Assembly: GCF_009914755.1 (NCBI RefSeq) | Contig: NC_060933.1 | Length of the DNA: 64,000 bases | Source: the human T2T-CHM13v2.0 reference genome, Homo sapiens | Reading direction: 5' to 3' (one strand) | Part shown: in pieces, positions 57,248 through 64,000 of the stretch | Layout of the letters: each line of letters begins with the position of its first letter | How positions within the stretch are numbered: position 1 is the first letter of the stretch | The notes under the pieces: generated by a model | The model's input: only the letters and a program-made list of their open reading frames with translations | The model's database searches: none | Told to the model about the DNA's origin: nothing | Translations under genes and position numbers: made by a program

Positions 57248-57432
57248 CAGTTTCCCAGCCCAAGCCTTCTGACATCAAGGCCCGACAGCTCTCTGATGGT
57301 GGACAGCAGGCTGTTTGGCATTCTCGGCCTCCACCCACTAGATGCCAGTAGGAGCCCCCTACCGAGTGACGGCAACCCAGAATGTCTCCAGACACATCTC
57401 CCAGGGGCAAAATCTCCCCCATGGAGAAGCAC
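57248..57432. mobile_element. MER20 (hAT-Charlie) DNA transposon
   Basis: ggcctccacccactagatgccagtag...aatgtctccagaca...ggggcaaaatc matches the MER20 consensus as recalled. Confidence 0.8.
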
Positions 57433-59155
57433 CCTTCTACACACAGAACTAAGGTGTGAAGGGAGCGCAGAGGGTTCACCTGCTGCAAGGGCAAAGAGGA
57501 CCTGCTCCTTCCTGTCTCCCATGGAACCCAAAGAAGCTGGCACTTCTGGGGTGAGATCAGGACCCTCAAAGCCGAGAACCAAGTGCAGCTGCCGTCCAGA
57601 CCGCGCCACCTTCTCAGGCAGTCAGCAGCGTGGGTCTGGTTAGCCGCCCAGTGCTGCAAGTGCCACCCCAAAAGGAGACCCTGGCTCACTCTCTCGCCCC
57701 CTTCCCCATGGCAGGCGTTCCTGAGTTCCACAACTGTCCTTGGAAGTGTCTCTGCGTGCAGAGGAGGGATTGGGATCACGGGGATACCCAGACTGCACTC
57801 TGGGCAGGGAGAGGAGAAGCAGCCCCCTCCCCAGGGCTGTTCTACTTCTGGAAAGCAAAGATTCTGACTTTGAAAAGATGGAGAGAGAATGGCCCAAAAC
57901 TGCCTAACCCCAGATGGCAGGGGCAGGCTCTGCGGCCAAGCTGGACAGGTGGTTTGGGTGGAAAGGTGGGCAGTGGCAGCAGCGTGGAGCTGGGGTGCGG
58001 GGCGGCCATGGGGGTGGCATGCAGGGACGCTGGCCCGGACTCTCAGGTGCCCTGCTGACCCCAGTCCCTGACAAGCCCAACCACAATTTGAAAAGTCACA
58101 ACCATCTCATTTAATTACGGAGGCTGCTGCAGGAGGCCCTGATGCCCCGAACTCGGGCCAGCGGCAAAAGCCCTGCCTCAGCCCCCGGAGGTCTGCATGA
58201 TTCATATTGTAATAACGGCCGAAGAAATTGGAATTCCAACGCGGGCATCGTTTGGCTGGGGCGCCTGATTGACGGGGCCGCTGAGCGGGCCCAGTGGAGA
58301 GGCACAAATCACCTGCAAGAGGGCCCAGGCACCCCGCCGCATAAATCCTGGTGTTTGTGCAGCTTTCGGCGCCTCTGGGGGGCCGTTCTGGCCTGTAATG
58401 GTTATTTATACCCCTGGAATAACGGGGTAACAGAGCGGCTCGCAGCGGCCTACTTTAAATACGCCCCTCTCTAAGCACTCTGATAATTGGAGCAGAGGGG
58501 TCCCATAAATCCCATGAAATCACCCGACAGCTCAGCAAATGCTGCCCGTCCCTCTGGGGAGAGACTGGTGCCATCGCTGAGAAGGGCTGTGACCGACGCC
58601 ACTGCTGAGATGAACTGCTTGCCCAGCCTCCCAGGGGTGGATGAGAAAGGCCGGGCAGCGCCCTGCTGGCTTGCTGACCTGTCGCCGAGCTCACTTGGCT
58701 CCCCAGGACAGCGCCACCTTGCAGTGGCCCAGTGAAGCCAGGCCCAACCATCTCACTGCACTCCCTGGGTGGGACTGGGCCAGGGAGCAGAGGCCGGAGG
58801 AGAGGCAGGCAGGGTGGTCTCTGGCTCCTCGCCGGTGGGGAGGGTGAGGAGGTTGGTACCCTCAGGGTTCACCCCTGGAGGGTGTGGATGGCCACCTCTC
58901 ATTGAATATCCTGTGTCCAGCCCCGCTGCCCACCTATCCTTCCCAGCCACCGCAGAGCTGCAACTGGCCCCTGCCCTCCGTTCCACAGGAGAGCTGTGGC
59001 CACCCCCAGGCGGGCTTGTGGGACAGCAGCATCCCAGCTGTGTTCTGCAGGGCTGAGCTGGCCACAGGGTGCCGTCTGCCCCACACTCGGCATTCTGTGG
59101 AACTGTGTGTTTTGCTGTCAAGTCCGGGGGTGCCCCATGGCGAGGTCCTTTAGGA

Positions 59156-59345
59156 CAGCGTTTCTCAAAGGCCAGTCATGACCACGCCTATCAGAATTGT
59201 CTGAGACACCCATTTTTTAAAATGCAGATTCCGAGTCCCACCCCAGCCAGACGGAGTCAGCCTCTCTGGGCAGGGGTCAGAGCTGTAGGGGGTTAACAAG
59301 CTCCCTGAGAACTCGCGTTCTCTCTGAAGTTCCAATCCCAACTTG
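59156..59345. mobile_element. MER5-family (hAT-Charlie) element
   Basis: tttctcaaag...atcagaat...aaaatgcagattcc...cccacccca...ttaacaagctccc. Confidence 0.65.
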
Positions 59346-59504
59346 AAAATCATGCCAGGCTGAGCCAGCTGCAGTAACAGAAAGGTGTTCCTATCAAGGC
59401 AGGGTTGTGAGAAGGGCAGGGTCAGGGGAGAAGTGGACATTAGGAGGTGAAGTTTGGGACTCTCATGGATAATAGCAGGAACGCATGCAGGGAGGTGAGC
59501 TTCA

Positions 59505-60030
59505 TTCCTTCTCACAGCGCCTCTGTGATGTGAGCATGCCCATTTTCCAGCTGAGGAAACTGAGTCACAGAAAGCGTATCGGTTATCCATTGCTTGTAAT
59601 CAACTAGCCCCCCAAATTTAGCAGCTTAAAACCACAGATGTTCGTTACGTCACCCCATGTCCGAGGGTCAGAAGCCTGGGAGAGGTGCAGCTGGCTGGCT
59701 CTAGCTCAGGGTCTGTCTGAGGTCCATTCGCTGCCACGACAAATCTCGCCAGCTGCGTGGCTCATAAGCAACAGAAATTTGTCGCCCACAGTTCTGGAGG
59801 CTGGAAGTCTGTGAGCAGGTTGCTGGCAAGGCAGGCTCTGGTGAGCTCCCCTCTGGGCTGCAGATAGCAGCTTCTCACTACACCCTCACAGGGTGGAGTC
59901 TCTCGGGTGCCTCTTTTATAGGGGCACTAATACCACTCATGGGGTTCCACCCTCAGGACCTCCTCAACTCCCATCGAACGGCCCCACCTCCTAATACCAT
60001 CTTTGGGAACGGGAACATTAAGATCATAGT
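59505..60030 (-). mobile_element. nested cluster: MIR (59505-59573), old MLT1 start (~59576-59713), MLT1A-like LTR (~59714-60030)
   Basis: cccattttccagctgaggaaactgag; ccaaatttagcagcttaaaacc; caacagaaattt...cacagttctggaggctggaagtc...ggccccacctcctaataccatc. Confidence 0.7.
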
Positions 60031-61233
60031 CAGGGAGAATAAGGCCCTTCAAGGCCACGCCCTCCCCATAGGTCAGGGAGCAGAATACCGGGAGAGCTGG
60101 AGCTGCTGTCTGCTATCCGAATCTCCGGCCTGGGAGTCTGCGCTGGGCCCTCTGCAGGGCTGCATCCTGGGGTCACTGCCTCCCATCCGGGAGGGAACCC
60201 TGGCTGGCCCCTACTTGTTTATCTGATCATTTCTTTTGGGGATGGGGCAGTGGAAGGAGATCCTTCCCAGGCCCAGATCCAGCTGCGACTGTAAATCCAG
60301 TCTGGGTCTGAGGTAGCAAAAGCCATCTGCCCAGGATGCGTTTGCAGGCTCCTGGTTTGCGGGAAAGGTGCGGCCTCCAGGGCCCTTGTCTTGGGGGAAG
60401 TTGACGGGACAGCAGGGCCAGCTCAGCCTCAGTTATAAAGAACACTGGGAGTTATATTTGGGTGGCTTTGGGGAGGGACCAAAGAATCTCACACCTGCGC
60501 TGCCTGTGTTCTGGGAGGGAGGCGGCCTCTCCTAGGCTTCCATCCCACATCCCAGCGCCCAGGGTTGTGCTGTTTTGAGCAAGGGATGGGTGCTGACTCA
60601 TCCTGCAGGCCAGGTTCATTGCACTACCCCTGCCCTCTGTGCCTCAGTTTACCTAAGACTCCTCTAGACCAGATGGTGTGGAAGGTCCCCACCCCTTCCC
60701 ATACTTGTGGAGGTGAAGACCCAGCCCACCGAGTGCCTAAGGCAGTGTGTGGCAGGTGGTCGTAGGGGGGTCTTACTTGGCTCAAGGCTCTGCCGGTGCC
60801 GCCTCGGACTCCTTCCTTTTCGAACCTGGAGCCCCCGTTTGATTTTCCAGTGTGCCCTGCTTGTTCTGTAGCTGGCCCTGGGTCCTGGGGAGGCTGCCTG
60901 GAAGTGAATACCTGGGGCATCACAAGGAGTCTGGACTGGGCACGGTGGGAAGGCTGATCAGCTTCAATCCTGTGTGTGCCTCAGCCACCCCTGAAGCCTT
61001 GGGAGGGTCCTGTCGCCTCGCTGATGCCCACACCACCCCACCTCCGACCTGTGCAGGGGGACTCTTGGGACATCCACCGGGGTTAAATGCATGCTCTGAT
61101 CAGCCATATTTCCTCCAACACTTGCCCGGGCAAGCGCAGCCCTGGGTAGGAGACAGGACACCAGCCTGGGTTTTGGAGCCAGACAGATTGTGGGGGGTGA
61201 TTGGTAAACCCCAAGACCCCCAACTGTTCTTAA

Positions 61234-61410
<177 letters not shown>

Positions 61411-62162
61411 GAGCCGCCGAGCCCGGGCTCCCGAGAGCAACCTCGTGACCTCAGCATGCCATTCGTTCGTGAGTGTCCCGTGCACGTCCTGATCCTGGAC
61501 AGTGAAGGCTTCTCCCTCCCCTCCCACCTGACTTCATCTACGCCTCGGCACCACGGGGTGTGGGACCCCAGCCCGGAGAGAACAGAGGGAAGGAGCCGCG
61601 CCCCCACCTGGAGCTGAATCACATGACCTAGCTGCACCCCAGCGCCTGGGCCCGCCCCACGCTCTGTCCACACCCATGCGCCCCGGGAGCGGGGCCATGC
61701 CTCCAGCCCCCCAGCTCGCCCGACCCATCCTGTTCGTGAATAGGTCTCAGGGGTTGGGGGAGGGACTGCCAGATTTGGACACTATATTTTTTTCTAAATT
61801 CAACTTGAAGATGTGTATTTCCCCTGACCTTCAAAAAATGTTCCAAGGTAAGCCTCGTAAAGGTCATCCCACCATCACCAAAGCCTCCGTTTTTAACAAC
61901 CTCCAACACGATCCATTTAGAGGCCAAATGTCATTCTGCAGGTGCCTTCCCGATGGATTAAAGGTGCTTATGTTTTTGTGAGTTTTAAGTAAATATTTGT
62001 ATTGTATTGTTATAAATGTTAAGTGTGCCTGGCTTTCAATCATGCACGGAAACCCAGTCTCAGTCCCACGGACAGAATGGGCGAGGCATGGATTCTGGGT
62101 TGCAGTACCGTTCTGATTAGAAATAGGAAGTCTCCCCACCCCAGCCCTGGCCAAGAACGTGC

Positions 62163-62168
62163 AATAAA
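62163..62168 (+). terminator. candidate proximal poly(A) signal AATAAA
   Basis: hexamer match only. Confidence 0.45.
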
Positions 62169-62452
62169 TTGGAAGTTTGCCCCGGGGCAGCAAGAATTTA
62201 TGCTGCCATTGAAAAGCAGGTACCAGTGCCCCTTTTCAGACAGTTTTTGATTCGCTCTAGACTTTTTTTTTTTTTAATAGGGAGGGAAAAAATTTGATAA
62301 TTTTCTTTTTTCTACATGCACTTAAGACTAAAACACAGGTTTGGATTAATTTTATTTGCTTCCTTTTTCCGCTTTTCTTCCCGCAGAGCCTGATGGGAGA
62401 ATGTCCAGGGCAGGGAAACCACATTTTTTGTAGGTGATAACTCAATGAAAAT

Positions 62453-63210
62453 TGGTGCTTATTTTTTACACTTCTCTCTTGTGGCTCTCTTGTGGTGCTA
62501 TCTGTTTTAAGGTCTCCTTGAAGGCGCACTGGGGTCCCTGGCCATGCCTCGTTCTCCCTGCTTTCTTTATCCTGTTATTGCCTCCACAGTCTGTTGCCAA
62601 GGACTCTAAGATCAATGCACGTCACTTTCCTTTCCACTGGGCAGGATAGCCAAGCACACTCCCTCCTGCGCTCTCCCGCCCCGGTGCGTCCACTCCCGAG
62701 GGCTGTTATGAGGACTGGGTTGTGCCTACTTGATTTGAAAACACACACAAGCAATAAAAAGCCTCTTCCTGCATTGTCTGTGGTGTGACCATAGCAGATT
62801 ATATTTGGTTCCTGAATGTTTGTGGTGCTAATTTCTGTGTTTGTTCCAAGCCGTTCAGTCATGCCATGCGCTGCCTCGGTAGATGGAGTAATGTACAATG
62901 AACTCCATGAGTCTCTCCAGGGCTGCCTGCAGCACGTCTTTTCCAAGTAGCCTATTTGGATTCCCATCTCAAATGTCCTGGATGCGAGCGTCAGCGGCTC
63001 CAGAGCTCGGGGCGGGTGAGGTCCCCTTTGGGGAACCCTTTCCTGGCCATCGAGGTCGGGGGGCTGCCGTCTGTGGGCAGGAGGACCCGAGGGGCAGCCA
63101 GGAAAGGCGATCTCTTCACTGTGAAAAGTTGCCCGGGTGCAGCGCCTTTTCCTTCTACCATGGGAAATGCAGGCTGGGCCCTTGGGGTGAGCCTGCGGGG
63201 CTCTGGTGCT
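62453..63210 (+). promoter_or_regulatory. miR-29 seed sites: 62453-62459 (7mer-m8), 62493-62500 (8mer), 62823-62830 (8mer), 63204-63210 (7mer-m8)
   Basis: TGGTGCT(A) matches; miR-29 targeting of collagen UTRs is established. Confidence 0.8.
62753..62758 (+). terminator. candidate internal poly(A) signal AATAAA
   Basis: hexamer followed by GT-rich tgtctgtggtgtg. Confidence 0.55.
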
Positions 63211-63626
63211 GTCCCCGACCCCCACCACCACCAGAATGCAGTTCCAGCTTAGGAAGCCACAAACAAGCCACCCAGGAGGAACAAAACACCGCCAGCGTGG
63301 ATTTTCCAAATTTCCCTGGAAAGTAAGTCTCGCTCTTGCCAAAGAAAAGTCTGGCTTGGAGAGTCTCTGGAGCCCAGGATGCCAGCATGTGCCAATGACT
63401 GTCACCTTCATCTCTTCAAAAGAAAAGCCATAGCCGAGGACTGTCCCGCGACCCCCGTGGACTGCGTCTAGGTCATGTGATTCTGTTTTCATTTCTCATC
63501 CCATCCAATTTGTCCTTTTCTCCTGTCATTTTCTTCCTCTGTGGTCCCTTCAAAGTTGTTATAATTTGTACTGAACTTCAAAATGTGTCCCGTTCTCCCC
63601 AGACCACTCTAGCCACAGTATATTGC

Positions 63627-63632
63627 AATAAA
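63627..63632 (+). terminator. candidate internal poly(A) signal AATAAA
   Basis: hexamer followed by U-rich downstream sequence. Confidence 0.55.
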
Positions 63633-63919
63633 ATTACTTCTTATATTTGCAGAAATTCTTTTGGTGTAATTTTATTTTTTCCTCTCAATATATATAATTG
63701 GACAAACGCTGGCAAAAAGAAAAAAATGGTAAGCAAAAAACCCAAGATAAAGTTTCGAGGACATCAGGCCTTTTGAAATACAATGTCAAATGACACATTG
63801 TACGTTTTCAAAAAATCCGCTAGACATGTCATAAGTTTTAACTGTAATGCCCAGGAAAGGATATCTTAAAATATTCTAAACTTGTGTAACAAAGGAATAA
63901 TTAACTGTAACAGTTTTTC

Positions 63920-63925
63920 AATAAA
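63920..63925 (+). terminator. distal poly(A) signal AATAAA
   Basis: AATAAA preceded by several TGTA (CFIm) motifs and followed by GT-rich sequence. Confidence 0.85.
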
Positions 63926-64000
63926 TCGAGTTGGGTGTTTCCACCGTAAACAGATGTGAGTGACTCTCTTCTTAAGTGTGGCCAGGCCCCTCCCAGACAG

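Larger units (their letters stand above)
61411..63946 (+). other. COL5A1: COL5A1 3'UTR (~2.5 kb)
   Basis: Follows TAG; AU-rich blocks; ends ~20 nt after the distal AATAAA, with GT/T-rich sequence downstream. Confidence 0.88.

Overview
This is human (or near-identical primate) genomic DNA carrying the 3' half of COL5A1 (collagen type V alpha-1) on the + strand. It runs from intron 28 through exons 29-66 and the whole ~2.5 kb 3'UTR. All 39 coding exons were read from the sequence with AG/GT boundaries: 33 phase-0 Gly-X-Y exons (36/45/54/90/108 nt), the junction exon with the RTRR furin site, and the C-propeptide exons, including the tandem mutually exclusive 69-nt pair 64A/64B. Their lengths sum to residues 811-1838 plus stop. 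Exon numbers come from my knowledge of the 66-exon gene, not from the window. The introns hold Alus, MaLR LTRs, MER20/MER5, MIR, L2, several minisatellites and long simple repeats. There is no prokaryote-type system, CRISPR array or structural RNA gene, and the longest ORFs in the track are repeat or Alu artefacts. The most interesting signals are at the RNA level. (1) A compact switch around exons 64A/64B: steric branch-point exclusion, oppositely placed RBFOX motifs (one inside a hairpin), and an upstream YCAY-rich VNTR. (2) Complementary simple-repeat pairs bracketing exon 32 and inside intron 63. (3) Inverted Alus that could make stop-free Gly-X-Y circRNAs. (4) An antisense terminal exon whose splice acceptor is encoded inside exon 58. 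(5) A 3'UTR with tiered poly(A) signals, miR-29 sites and apparently the full 'T-form' haplotype. These mechanisms are hypotheses from motif reading, not demonstrated function.
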